From NCBI GenBank assembly GCA_011109175.1, contig RDEW01000002.1, forward strand, positions 1,718,111 to 1,782,110: DNA of 64,000 nucleotides, read 5' to 3'. The translations under genes were made by a program, and so were the position numbers. The notes under the pieces are model-generated. The model was not told the DNA's origin. It saw only the letters and a program-made list of their open reading frames with translations, and made no database searches. The DNA comes from Dicyema japonicum. Its lineage: Eukaryota; Animalia; Dicyemida. Of the stretch, positions 35,382-48,166 are shown in pieces; positions within the stretch are counted from its first letter, which is position 1, and every line of letters starts with the position of its first letter.

Positions 35382-38300
35382 CATTTTTCTTGTGGCTCCT
35401 GCTTCTCCCCTACGAATAATTTCACTTCTAACAAAGGAGCGTCTTTTTATAACTCCATGTGGATCATCATCCAAGTCCTCTTAGACTAACCATCCAAAAA
35501 TCCGTCTCTGTTGAAGTCTGGCGAGAACGAATATGCAAACCTCCCAAAAGGCCAATCTAAAGAATATCTCACCTCCTTAATAAATAATTCATGAAAAAAC
35601 TCTTTAATATGATTCCTCAGATTGTCCTGCTATAAAAGCCAGATTTAATAATCTGGACCAAAAGAACTCAAGAAAAATGTATTAGGGATCAGACCTATTG
35701 AGATGAGTGCCCGTGTGATGGAAATCACAAATCTCTCGTCGTGAAAGAAAGTTTTGAAACACATACTTTATAATATGGAAACTGAGGATCTCTTGTAGTT
35801 GATTTTAGGCGTTCATCAATAAGACTTGTTCTCGATAAGACTCATCAGCCCCACCAAGTGAGAAATTCAGATTACCCTATCTTTAACGAAAACATATAAA
35901 ATTAAATCTATCTAATTATGTTAGTTGTATGTTGTTTATTGTAAAGTTTAGAAGAATCATCGGCTACAAAAATTAAAATATTCAACCTCTTGTTTAAAGT
36001 CGCAAATAATGTCTTAATGTTGAATTCTGTGAGATTTTTTCTAAAATTAATTTTAACTGAGTAAACTTTTTATAAATAAAAAGGCCAAGAGCAGCAGCAA
36101 TGGCAACAACAATTGCGAAAAAGATGCCGAATCCTATAGCCATGCTCTTTTTGGATGAACCTATACGTTTCTAAAATAAACTCTTACCTAACATTGAAGA
36201 TGCAGAATACGGAGAATCTACGAATAAGAAGTGATTAATTTACGATATCCAACACAGACTGCTATGTGTTCTTCTCTACATCTCGTGGCAATCCATGATC
36301 CATTATGAGCGACAGTAATGCAAACAATTTCATCATCATTATAGGTTGGCTCGTTGGGAGCCCATGGAGTACTTTCCTAATAATACAGAGTTTTACAAAA
36401 CCGGTTTATCCCCAATCCACGTGAGAGTGGTATCATTCCAAAAAATTCTATAGTCCATGAAAAATCTTTGATGTTTTATTTCTAGAATAATGATTGTGAT
36501 CACTTTGATTGAGTTTATTTACGATATTCTTATCATCCGTCTTTATCATCGAGAGACCAAACTGAGAACAGAGTCTTGAAGAATCGTGATAAGATAACGA
36601 TCTCCCAAACATTGTGTAGATTTTTGAATATATTTTAATTGAAGCAGTCTCATTTTCCAAGTCTAAAAAGTTACTGACAATTATACGCCAAAAATTATTT
36701 GTGCAGTTAATATTGGAGTAATTATCTAGAATAAATAAAAAATAAAACAATTATTATCATTTTTATAACAAATGAATCTAGTCTTGTGACATTTATCGTT
36801 AATCCATTTTCCTGAAGCATATTGAGCATAAACACATCCATATTTTTGTGGTTCCATGGATAGCCCTGTCCCAGTTAGTAAAACTCTATAAATGTAAGTA
36901 AAAAAACTGTTTTAGCATCTCCTCTCATGAGCACGCCATCAATGTAGATTGATCCAAAGTAAATTCCAATATTAATTCGACATTCTCTATGACTTAATTT
37001 TTATTAAGACCAAAAACAGCACAGTTATCCATAGGATTAAACGGAGAATAGAGAACCGCATTTCTCATAGCACAAACAGTCACGGCCTCTTCCCGAGTAG
37101 ACAAGAAGTCAAATACATAAAACGAATTCTGGAAATAAAATATCTGAGAAAAATAGTCTAAAATTAATTGTTGGATTATACGGAATTTATTTTTTTCACT
37201 ACAAATCTTTGAAGTTGCCCCATTAATAACAGAATCTATTTTTTGTATTAAAAATACCAGTTTCACAAATAATATGTGCAGATTCTGAACAGTCAATGGT
37301 GGAAAATTCTCCATTAGTAAAATCACGAACGACGCATTCTTTATCAATGAGATTGAGTGAAGTCCACGGTAGGTATGACTAAAATATTGAACTCTTAAAA
37401 ACCGCTAAATAATTTTTTTCTGTCATATAGTTATTTTTTCCCTGTCGTGGTATCCCGACGAAAGATCTGAAAAATATTAACTCTAAAATGGTTTATATTA
37501 ACACAGATTACCGTGAATAGCACAGTTTTCTGTTCCATCGTTTGGGATGAAAATATATCCGTTGTGATCGTATTTGCAAATACGTTTTGTTGTCGCATAG
37601 TCTTTGACGACATTATAAATGTAATATGTGTGTCCTCTGAAGGTCACCATACTGTCGTAGGGTACTAAACTTATAATTTATCGAAAACTGTTGATCTGCT
37701 TTCCGTAAGTTATATTGATTGCATTTGAACGGATGTATCTATTTTGATACTTATTACTACCAGATTCGCAAATCCAATAATTCAAATCATTTTCATTTGT
37801 AACTTTCCATTTGCCAGAACTTGCTATCATTGTTACTCCCTTCCAATCGTCATGTATTGGAAAATCTGATCAAAATTGGAGTAAGTCTATATAAAATGCA
37901 ATATTACAATCGTTCATTAATCGTGAATTTACAAATATCTGATCCTATAGCTTTAGTCTTTCAACTCCAATCGTCCTGTCTTTGATAATAAGACCTAAGA
38001 TTCCATTAAAGTAACCAGCTATTAAGTCATTTTCTTTTTGATCTTGTATGTCGACAGCATATATCCAAAATAACATTGACCTTGTACATCATGCATTCAG
38101 ATTGACATCTGAAAAATAGTATGCATGACCATTGGAATTATATATAGGTCCTATAGTACCCAGTGTTCCAGAACATTCGTCAGTACAAGTACTAAATTAT
38201 ATCATAACTTTACTGAGTAATGCCCAAAGATCAAACATTGACTTGTGTGTGTAATTCCCAATTTATAGAAATATTAATGAGGCGGTCATTTAATTTATCA

Positions 38301-39020
38301 AATTTGTTTATTGTGTAAACAAATATTTCTATTAATTGCTTTGAAATTGACGTTGATTTATTATTCGAAAACAGAAAAAAAGAATATTAGTAACGAATCA
38401 CACTCAACTGGTACTATCGATATTGTTAAGTGGTTATTCTCAATGCTTGAATACCATCTACGTTCGCAAAGGCATCACATTCAGATTTCGTTGACACCAC
38501 TTTTACTTAATCCCCGTCCCACTTCGGAGGTTTAGGAAAAACGAAAGCTGTCTCTAAACCCTAATCATTTTTATGTGTTAATTCAATATTATAGAAATAA
38601 TAAGTATAAAAAATGTCATTTATAAAACATTAGAACAAAGAGTTGACCGAAACTATTAATATTTTTTAACAAAACACTGCCCTTCCATAAAGGAGTAGGT
38701 TTGTTTCCATTATTTAAACCCATTTTAGGCAGAACTAATGTAAATATTGTGAAAATTACTACTTCCGTTCTGTTAGTTTAAATTTATGTGGTAACCTCGC
38801 CTTGTATATTTTTAACATTGATTGAGTAAGACTCAACTATCAAAAACTGTAACTCTCATTTTCATTTTATTTTCATGAGTGGGTCGATTTTTGGAAGAAA
38901 TAGCTTATTAATTAAACGCAGTTAACAACTATCAGAAGTTTCAGTCAAGGTTACTGCAAAACAATTTACTTGAGGATCTGAAGGAAATGCGCACCAATAA
39001 GTCAGCTGCTTTCTTATTTG
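35382..39020. repeat. Segmental duplication block B
   Basis: Collinear paralog of 22150-26040. Confidence 0.95.
35908..38238 (-). CDS. Four-CTLD type-I membrane receptor, copy B
   Basis: ATG 38238, same micro-intron layout as copy A; intact APNEPTYNDDEIVCITVAHNGSWIATRC and IFIPNDGTENCAIH where copy A is shifted, but has its own indels (e.g. near 36855-36870). 3' end approximate. Confidence 0.85.
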
Positions 39021-39029
39021 AACTTTATG

Positions 39030-39332
39030 ACAAAATTTTAGCAAATACCCCATGGAATTTTGGAGGGATTTTAATGGGAATTTATATTGTTTAAATGTTT
39101 TTGATAAAAATTTAACGTGGAACAATACCCGCAAACAATAAAAAACAAGTGTTCAGATTTGAGAAATAATCTAAATTTGAATTTTACCTACCATCCAATT
39201 ATTCTGGAAATAAGAAAATGCCAAGATAATTTTTACCATTTGGAAGCAATTAAATTTATAGATTCAGGCAAATTTGAACACGGTCTGTGTGATTTCAATT
39301 TATATCCTAAAAAAGCAATTAAATGCCATTAA
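39030..39332 (+). CDS. CTLD-like exon(s) of a gene divergent from copy B
   Basis: KYPMEFWRDFNGNLYCLNVFDKNLTWNNTRKQ and DSGKFEHGLCDFNLYPKKAIKC resemble CTLD start and end; upstream exons unresolved. Confidence 0.4.
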
Positions 39333-39649
39333 AAGATGTTAAAAATGCAAAATTAAAAATTTTTGTCCACAATTTTTTGCTAACTTATGTAATGTCCTGG
39401 AACAACTATTTTGGTAGAAAGAAGTTTTTCCGTATTAAAAAAAATTCTCGAAAAAATGAAAACTGAAAATTTAAAGATTATTGATGCTATATTTCAATAA
39501 ATTTTGATAAAATTAAGTTAAAAACATTAACTATGCGAAATTAATAAGCTCATATTTAATTTTTAAGGTCTTAAAATATTTATATTTGAAAGTTATACTT
39601 CAATCATTTTAGTCATATTTGTGGTTGCCCTAGTTATTGCTGGAGATCG

Positions 39650-39945
39650 GCCGCGTAGCTACATTGGCTATTGGTCGAATATTTCTGTTTGTTTTGTCTG
39701 TTCCTCTTCTTCCCTCTCCTACTACAGTGGCGTGATGTGATCCACCAGTCTCTGGTGGCGCAGTGACAGACTGGCAAAAAAAGGATCATTTGCTCCATCC
39801 CACTCCACTGGAGGTGTTTCCATAACTGCAAAGAATGGACGTATTTCAACTGTATGAAAGTTCCGGATTGACTTGTGTGACTTTAAAGGAGTCTTTCTGT
39901 AAGTATGGGTAATGGATACACTTAATTAGTTGTTTACTGTTAACT
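39650..39945 (+). mobile_element. SINE-like repeat, copy 2 of 3
   Basis: Same body as 27600 and 59668; ends gatacacttaattagttgtttac. Confidence 0.8.
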
Positions 39946-40059
39946 TCTTTTTCGACTTTATAGTATAACTGCTATGATGCTATAATTTTTTTAATAAATG
40001 CTATAACTGCTATTTATTTATTTAAAACGAGGAATTACAGACAAAATAAAGGAAATAAG

Positions 40060-42190
40060 CCATCAGCTGACCAAAAACACTATTCTTTTATCGTATGCGG
40101 ATGATCTCGTGGTCGCAGTGAAACATCGAAGAATCGAGGGGTCCTTGCAAGATCTACTAAACCTGATGGGTCTTTGGTTCCTGAAGAACCGTTTGAATAT
40201 ATCACTATGAAAGTCACGTGTAAGGTTCCCATTCAAAATGGCCTCTTTCAAAATGGCCTCCAATTAATTTTTTCAGGTTTTTAGATAAGTTCAATAAACA
40301 TTACGAGATATTTACAATGTGTTTGCCATCTTTAGGTAAAAAAGTCATCTTTTTTAAATCTTATAAAAATTGATTTTAAGGGGTCCTATGGGTAAGTGGA
40401 ACATTTAACCAAGGTCCTCGACATCTTTAGGTAAAAAAGTCATCTTTTTTACAAATCTATGGTTAATTTAAATCACATTTTCCTATTTATATCTTCATTA
40501 TTTATGTCGTTGAATATTCTAATTCTAATATTTTTTATCAATATTTTGTCATTGATGGAAAATTCTGCAATTTATCCGTGTGTTTGGAAATGACTTTTGA
40601 GACGAGTTTATTGCTCTTTTTTTAAAATCTGAGACAATAACTCTTGGTTCTAAATCCAGAATGAGACGTTTAATTGTTAGAAGCATGTGTCATATTCATT
40701 TTCAGTTTTTGATGTTAAAAACAGAATATTATCGGAATTATCACCGATATTGTGAATAACTGCTTCAAAGGAAGAGGGCAGACAGAAAAGTCCCATCAAT
40801 AGACCATATTTTATGATTTTTAATGGTGTTGTCATTTCTGAATTAAAAAATAACCATATTTGTCTCAACTTCTGAAAAGTTTAATCATTAATATACCAAT
40901 ATTTTGGCAAAAACTGTGTCCATACTGATAGAATCTATGTCCCACAACTATAGTTCTCGATGGACTTGTGTGCTAAGAAGACCCGTCATCAGTGTCCGTG
41001 ACATAGGGAATTGAATACACTTAATTATTTGTTTATTGATAACTTTACTCTCGGTTTATTAGGAGTTGATAAAAATTTGGTTAGTAGACACATTATAAAT
41101 ATTAATAGAAAGTTATTTTGGAAATGGCAGGCTGGCTGATTGCAAGTTCAGTTCGGCAGGCTATAATAGAACTTTTATGGACAAATTAATCATATTTTTA
41201 GTGAATATAATTGTAAAAAACAATCAATAATGTAATTAAATTAACACAGGCAACCATCCAAAGTGGACCCCGCTGACATTATCGACGTTGCGTTGCCTTT
41301 CACGATTGCAACAGAGATCAACTGGAGAAGCCACAGGGTCTCACTTATCGTGGCTTTTTAGTGTAGCTAGGCGTTCAAGTTTCTTTAGAAAGCGAAGCGA
41401 TTTTCCACTTATTCCTCCAGTTGTCTCAACCATAAAAAACCAACGTATTCATAATTTCTTCCATTTTGTTTCACTTACCCATAGGACCATTTTAAATCAA
41501 TATTTATAAGATTTAAAAAGATGACTTTTTTACCTAAAGATGTCGAGGACCTTGGTATAATGTCCCATTTACTTATAGGACCCGTTTAAATTAATTTTTA
41601 TAAGATTTAAAAAGATGACTTTTTTACCTAAAGATGTCGAGGACCTTGGTATAATGTCCCATTTACTTATAGGACCCGTTTAAATTAATTTTTATAAGAT
41701 TTAAAAAGATGACTTTTTTACCTAAAGATGTCGTTTCGCTAAAATTTCGTGATGTTTATTGATAACTTATCCAAAACCTGAAAAAATTAATTGGAGGCCA
41801 TTTTGAAAGAGGCCATTTTGAATGGAAACGCACGTGTAATGACGTTTACCTCAGCAAGAAATGAAATACGGCCAACTTGTATGACTCCCCGCTTCCCCTA
41901 AGGAGAACCCTTTCAATCCTTGGAGTCATACTCTCCTCACATTCACTCATCAAGTGGACCTGGTAACCGCGAGGATCCAAAAGAAAATTAAAATTCTCAA
42001 CGCTTTTACTCACTCTCCAATATCTTCCAGCTTATCGTTGGAGCCTCTATATAAACAATTTGTTCTACCGAGTATCGAGTACGCCTGTGCTGCATGGATT
42101 GCCTCGTTATCACAGATCAAATGGAAGTTTTACAAAGAGGTTGACGACTTCATCCAATGTATTTATGAGGGATGCTGTATCTATAAATGA
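40060..42190 (+). mobile_element. Jockey-like RT fragment split by a MULE-like MITE
   Basis: YADDLVVAVKHRRIEGSLQDLL (40085-40200) resumes after 41840 as LYKQFVLPSIEYACAAW. Confidence 0.7.
40224..41830. mobile_element. Mutator-like (MULE) non-autonomous element with long TIRs
   Basis: Long TIRs starting ttcccattcaaaatggcctctttcaaaatggcctcc, extended by 94-95-bp subterminal tandem units; 9-bp TSD CACGTGTAA at 40215-40223 and 41831-41839. Confidence 0.85.
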
Positions 42191-42489
42191 ATTTTCCGTT
42201 GAATCATTATTTACATTCTAAATTGTTATGTTTCTGTAATATTTTCAAATCGGTTCCAATCACAAAAATCATTTGTTTTAGATTCACATTCTGCAGACTT
42301 ATCAACTTCCTTGAAAGTCATCGTAAAATTGCCTTTAGGACACCCGTATCAAAGGGATGTATTAAGACAGTCGTATCTTTGAGTTGATTAAATTGTTGTC
42401 AAAACTATGTTAAAGTGGAAGCGATAAGATGTATAAATTCATTCTAACAAGTTCACTTCAATTCGACCACTTTACTAAGAAATTATTAA

Positions 42490-42755
42490 TAAGAGGAGAG
42501 TACGAGGACATTTCGCTAGAAGGAAGAATCGTAAAACACAGATTGGCGTTCTTTGGGCATGTTGTCCTCTCTGACTCCCTGGAAAGAACCATTATGCTGA
42601 GCAATATTACTGGGAAGAGAAGGCCTGGTCGACCGAGGACTCGCTGGCTATCCACGGTGAATGCCAATATCAAGGCTACTCCAAATTGCGACAGATTGGG
42701 GAGAGTGGAGGAAACTTGTTCATGAGATCTCCACGGGTCGGACACGACATATAAC
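42490..42755 (+). mobile_element. BovB-like RTE 3' end (second copy 60072-60282)
   Basis: RLAFFGHVVLSDSLERTIMLSNITGKRRPGRPRTRWL; terminus gggtcggacacgac. Confidence 0.8.
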
Positions 42756-42885
42756 ACTATTTTCGAGTGATTCTATTCGGGGATCTCTCATTTTCTACAA
42801 TAAGGGTCATACACTATCTGTCATAAAAAATTGGATTTTAAAAAATTGGAATTTTATTAAAAAATTAATATTTTTAATTTAAATT

Positions 42886-43130
42886 ATTTTCGACGAAGCT
42901 CGTCGCGAATGGTATAAAACTGGGTTGGATCTCCTAACGATCTTGGAGGCAACGTGATTGGGATGAGATCTACTCTAAGAATATCTTCGACGTGCTAAAG
43001 TCTGAGGCAAACCAGCATCGTCTTGCATGCCTCGTGTCGCCACCAACCATGGGAGCGGAGCGTGGCTGGATGCATTTCCGTGTTCCTCCCAGGGGACCAT
43101 TTTGGACGATGACTGTATTCGGATTGGGTG
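42886..43130 (+). mobile_element. CRE fragment, copy of 1348-1595
   Basis: High nucleotide identity to 1348-1595. Confidence 0.85.
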
Positions 43131-43226
43131 TGTCCATTACTCAAATGGATCTGGAAGTGGGTAATGTGTTTAAAAATCAGAAATATCACACTACAAAGAT
43201 GTTATAGATGAGCTATACTTCCAAAT

Positions 43227-44090
43227 ATGTCAAGTGAGGTTTTCTCTAGCGATGGTAGGAAGCCTACGAAGAAAGTGCCGTACCAACTTCCTAGAAAGGA
43301 GATTTTAATTGCTATTAACGCCGCAATCAATAAGTCATCTCCACCAACTAATATAAACGATATCACGGATATTGTCTATGTTGGAAAGCGGGCGTACGAG
43401 GCTCTCGCACAGTGTGCCCGAAAGAAGAGCGATTGGATCCACCATATGGAAGCTAAGTTTATAAGACTGAAAAAGCAGCTTGAACAGATAACAGAGAATA
43501 CTGGAATGAGAGGAAACCAAAGATACGTCAATGAAACGAGGGATTTGCTTTGTCAATATGGATTCGAAAGTCAAAGAAAGCTGAAGTAGGGAGAATCAGC
43601 GCTTCCATCAAGGATAACATAAAGAGTGTGGGGAAAAGACTTAGAATACATGAATATAGAAAGGAATTCAGAAGACATAATTGGTGTTTCGAACTCAACT
43701 AAAGATATTTTTATCGTGGCTTAGACGAGGAACAGGAGAAGTTCAATTTTTATTCAACGAAAGCCAGTGTCTTTTATTTTGGGAGAACATTTGGAAAGAA
43801 CAGCCGAGCAATGAAAACACATTTTCGATGAAAATACGAGTGACTGAGCAGAAGACACATTTTCAGACTTCAGCAAAGAAAGCATCCTGGAATTAATTAA
43901 ACATCTCCCGAACTGGAGACAAGTGGATGTGTTGGAGTGTTCAACTTTTTCAAAAAATTCACATCAATTTATGACCACCTTTGTGAAGAGGTCTCAAAGT
44001 TAATTCACGGGAAGTATAAACCAGATCCGTGGTTCTTCACTGGAATCACATATCTTACCCCGAAGAAAGACGTGTGCCATACCCAATCTA
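43227..44090 (+). mobile_element. R4/NeSL-like element, pre-RT region
   Basis: HLPNW...FNFFKKFTSIY...WFFTGITYLTPK, homologous to 52844-53383. Confidence 0.75.
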
Positions 44091-44134
44091 TACAAGTTGG
44101 TTTTTTTACTCCAAGATCACCGGATTAGAAAAAG

Positions 44135-45600
44135 TTAACTACTAACTAAGTGATCCCGGTTTTCCGGGTTCTCGTTTGGAGTCCTCGAAGATCCAACAGA
44201 ATTGGTAAAAAATGGGGACGGTCTCATTCTCCATAGATTTCCCGCATTTTCTAGATAGTCAGATATAGAGAGTAAAGCGGACATTGCCCACTGTAGAAAT
44301 GACTTCACTCTCCACCTTAGGTGTTCTTTAACATTCAATACGTTATCCACAGTTTTCTTATTTATTATTTTCAAGGCAGCAAGTTCTGCGGCTTCTAATT
44401 CTTGAGACGACAATTCAGAAATCATCGAGCTCCAGGAAGGACATGTGTATTCGATTACTAGCAGTATGTGTTGTCTGTAAATTTTCTGTAGTAAGAAGGT
44501 GTTGCGCCCGAATGGTGATTGGGACAAAATTTTCAATATGTTGGTCCTCCTCCTGACTTTGGTAATAACGTCATTGACGTGTTGGCCGAATGTCAGGAGA
44601 GTATCCAACTTTAGTCCTAGTATTGTTGGAGACTTATTCATAGGAATTTCATATCTAAGCAATTTGATTTTGGGAGAGTATGATGATCTTCTATATGTAG
44701 AGAAATTTGTTATAAACGACTTTCCTGTAGAAACTTCCAGTCGATTTGATATGAGCCAATGTTCCAACATACCAATATAACTTTGAAGTTTCATCCCTGC
44801 CTTCTTATCGTTAGTCTCTCGTCGCAAGAACAATGTCATCTGCGTATGAGAGTATCAATGTATCGGGATCGTCATTGGTGGGAAGGTCATTGGTGTACAG
44901 GTTGAAGAGCAGGGGAGAGAGGTGAACCTTGAGGGACACCATTCGGCAATAAACGGGATTTAGATTTTCTGTTGTCTGACATCACTTGTCCTCTTCTTCC
45001 ATTTAAAAAGTTCGACAGCCATTTTTTAATGTTTGGATTTATAAGAGTGTCAGAAATGTTTTCTATAAGCAGCGTCCGGGACACGGAGTCGAATGCTTTC
45101 TTCAAGTCTATTGAAGCCATTATGGTCCCTTTATGTGGGTTTGGATAGGAGGATCCATCAGAAATATATTGAGTTAATTTTGTTAGGTGAGTCGTAGTAG
45201 AATGATTTTCACGGAATCCATGCTGGAATACTCGATTTGGTACAATATCTTTGATTTGTGTTAAGATTAATTTTTCTAAAATTCGGGACATCGCACATAG
45301 GATTGCAATTGGACAATAAGAAGAGGGGTCGTTTGCAGATTTGTTTGGCTTCCAAATTGGCAGAATTATTGATTTTCTCTATATAGAAGGTATCATATTA
45401 TTGTTCACAGATAGAGTATAAACGTATGATAGGAATTCGGTTGCTTTTTCACCAAGGTGTTTCAGTTCCATCATCGAGACATTGTCAGCACTTCGGGACC
45501 GGGAGTTTTTGGCATCCATGATTGCGTTTCGAACTTCTTACGGAGTAAAGACAATCAAATCATATGATGGATACAACTTCTTCTTGTAAACTCTGTGTAA
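44135..45600 (-). mobile_element. Jockey-like LINE RT and 3' end
   Basis: QHGFRENHST, IDLKKAFDSV, GVPQGSPLSP, ILGLKLDTLLTF; ends ccgggatcacttagttag. Confidence 0.85.
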
Positions 45601-46508
45601 CCTCGAGTACTATCTGTTAGAGGACAACGACCGGAGCTGAGAATTCTGGGTTCGTGTGTACGAGATCCACTACTTTGGTTTCAACTTCGTACACTCCTAT
45701 GGAAACAAACTCCTCAATATAATGATAATATATTGCTAGCTGTTTCTGGACAGACCCATTCTCGGGAATGTCGCACAAACTGAAATGCAAATATTACTTT
45801 GTCCTAAAAATAGAAATTATATTTTGTACAAATTTTTTACCTTTCTTTCTCATGGATTCTGCACGAAGGCATACTTTGGTAGCTGCAAAAAAATGCGAAA
45901 GAAAAGATGAAAATGATGAAGAATCGTTGAATGTAGAGACAGAATCATTCTACGAATGACTGTGATTACAATCAAACAACAACAAAAAGTCCATTATATG
46001 AGCACTTGGAGTAAATATGGTTAGATTTTTTGGGATTAAGGTTAGGGTTTAAGTTTTATGTCTGAGTAGGAGTTTTAACGCTATGGAACTTATTCTACAT
46101 AGTAACAGAAAGGTCTACAAAAAATAAATTTTTAATATTAAAAGTTAATTTTCGCATAGTTTTTTTTAATTTTTAATAAATTTTCCTACATTAATTTTAT
46201 TCTCGCCGAATAAAAATAACTAAATAAGCCACATGCAGTATGAATTGTCGCATTAATGTCGTATATATGATTAAAGTCGTGGAGCGACACGATGACTCTC
46301 CAGAACATTGGAGTCGACGATGAATGTCTCAATTCAGCTCATGGCCACAAGTTATAGATAATTGGAGCCACTAGTAACTCCCAAATTTAATAACCCGTTA
46401 AATAAGAGAGTTGCACTTAGCAAAATTAAAATGAAATGAAAAAAAGTAAAAGACAGCGATAACCCTAATTAACTAAACAAGTGATCCCGGCAAGACCCGA
46501 AAGAGACA

Positions 46509-47616
46509 TCACACAAAGGAGACAACAACTGCAGTCATGTCGTCTCTGTAGCTCCGAGATGTCCCACGTGGAAATGATAAAAGTTTTTCATGCATCGAGT
46601 CGTCTTTGAGATTCCCACGAAGAGCAGTTTCAAAAAGCTTAGTAACGACATTAGGAGAACAACCACCATATTGTGAAATATGCGATCCAACAATTTCAGC
46701 CACGTGTTCATCATCTAAAAAATCAATAATTCCTTTGGTTGCCATAACAATACAAATATCCTCAGGCCTGATTGAATGAGACATAACTTCTGGGTAAGCT
46801 TTGAGGTATGGGGGAGATTTATAATTCAGGAAGCATAATATTTCCCTCCATGCCATTAGAAGTCATTAATTTCTTCACTTCAGCGAGGTATTTACGAGGC
46901 CACTTGAACTGGAAGTTTCCGAATGCTCGAAGAGGCATAGATATACCACAAAGTCCACCATTAACAAAGATTTCTTTCCGTTCTTCCTCAGGGACCGAGT
47001 TTTTAATTCTCTCGACTTCGTTCGAATTCTCAAAAGTATGTGGATTAGTGAGTTTAACTGCCTTGAATTTCCCATTATCTGCAGAAACAACGAATGCGGA
47101 ACAATCCCCAATATTAGCGACATAAATTATCCCTTCATTGATGTATGCAAGGCAGGCACATGCTCCGGAAAGAGCTGTCAAGAAAGACTGATGGATAAAT
47201 CAAAGAAAGTAACCTCAATATTTAGGTCGGTAGAATATTTAGAGCTAATGATCTTATCGAAGTATGTGAACGCCGACGATATCGACTCGGCTATTTTTGG
47301 GGTTACTTTTGAATTAGTGGTATTAAGGTGGGAGATCTACAGTTTTAGTCATATTTACATCAATTGGTTCGTAAATGAAAGAGCTAGTTACGCTGGGTAG
47401 TAACTGCGAGCATAATTTACCACAGTGATGTCCTCCGTAACCGTCAACAACGCCAATGATGAAATCATTTTTATTGCGGATCTTATTTTGGACGATAAAG
47501 TCTTCACATATAGTATTGGACGGAAGCTGATTTGAAATAATCGATTTGACAAAAGGAGTGAAACATCTCATAAAATGCTCGTTCTCTGTTAAGAGTTTCA
47601 AACTCATTAAATTCAT
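46509..47616 (-). CDS. PDP1: Pyruvate dehydrogenase phosphatase-like PP2C (PPM family)
   Basis: SNQLPSNTICED, GVVDGYGG, introns 47358-47337 (22 nt) and 47213-47188 (26 nt) give EPID|ISHL and NIE|SFLTALSGACAC; ANIGDC, LRAFGNFQFKW, NYKSPPYLKAYPEV, RSYRDDMTAVVV. One unexplained 1-nt shift near 46828. Confidence 0.85.
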
Positions 47617-47837
47617 AATTTATTTAAATTAATTATTATTAGGACAACCGACTGATATAAAATGCTTTTTAATAAGAATTCATAAACATATTGATGGATT
47701 TGCATTTAATGATTATTTCAGTTATATTTTTTTGAAATAAGACTTCAATTTTGAGCTATATTTAAGACATTGTTATTTTATTTATTCACAATTATAAAAA
47801 TTAATAATAATTTTTATTAAAAAAGTACATATATCAT

Positions 47838-48166
47838 GGGGTGGCGTAGTGGTTAGGTGTCGGGTTTAAGTGGCTTAGGCTACGGGTTCGAATCTCGCTG
47901 CTGTTCACCTGGTGGAAGGTTCCACGCATCTACGATGCAGAAATGGTTTGACGAGTGACGCCGTCATCAGTGAATACTCACTGCGGAACTGGATTTGTCT
48001 AGAAAGGACACTCACACAAAAAAAAAGAAAAAAGAAGTGAGATCATTCCTTGGTTCTACGATTAGTTAAAATTAACTGTTCTTTACTTAAATAAAGTGTG
48101 TGTCCTGCCTATGCGGAGCTATAAAACACTATGGCTCTCGTGAAAAGGCTTTATATTATTATTATT
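47838..48166 (+). mobile_element. tRNA-derived SINE
   Basis: A box TGGCGTAGTGG, B box GGTTCGAATC, (TAT)n tail, TSD-like agtacatat(at)cat at 47824-47837 and 48167-48178. Confidence 0.8.

Noticed and set aside
41500-41735. Possible CRISPR-like array
   Set aside because: Contiguous 94-bp tandem units with no unique spacers; part of a MITE TIR; eukaryotic context, no cas genes.
46509-47616. PDP-like gene as a processed retrocopy
   Set aside because: It retains two GT-AG introns.
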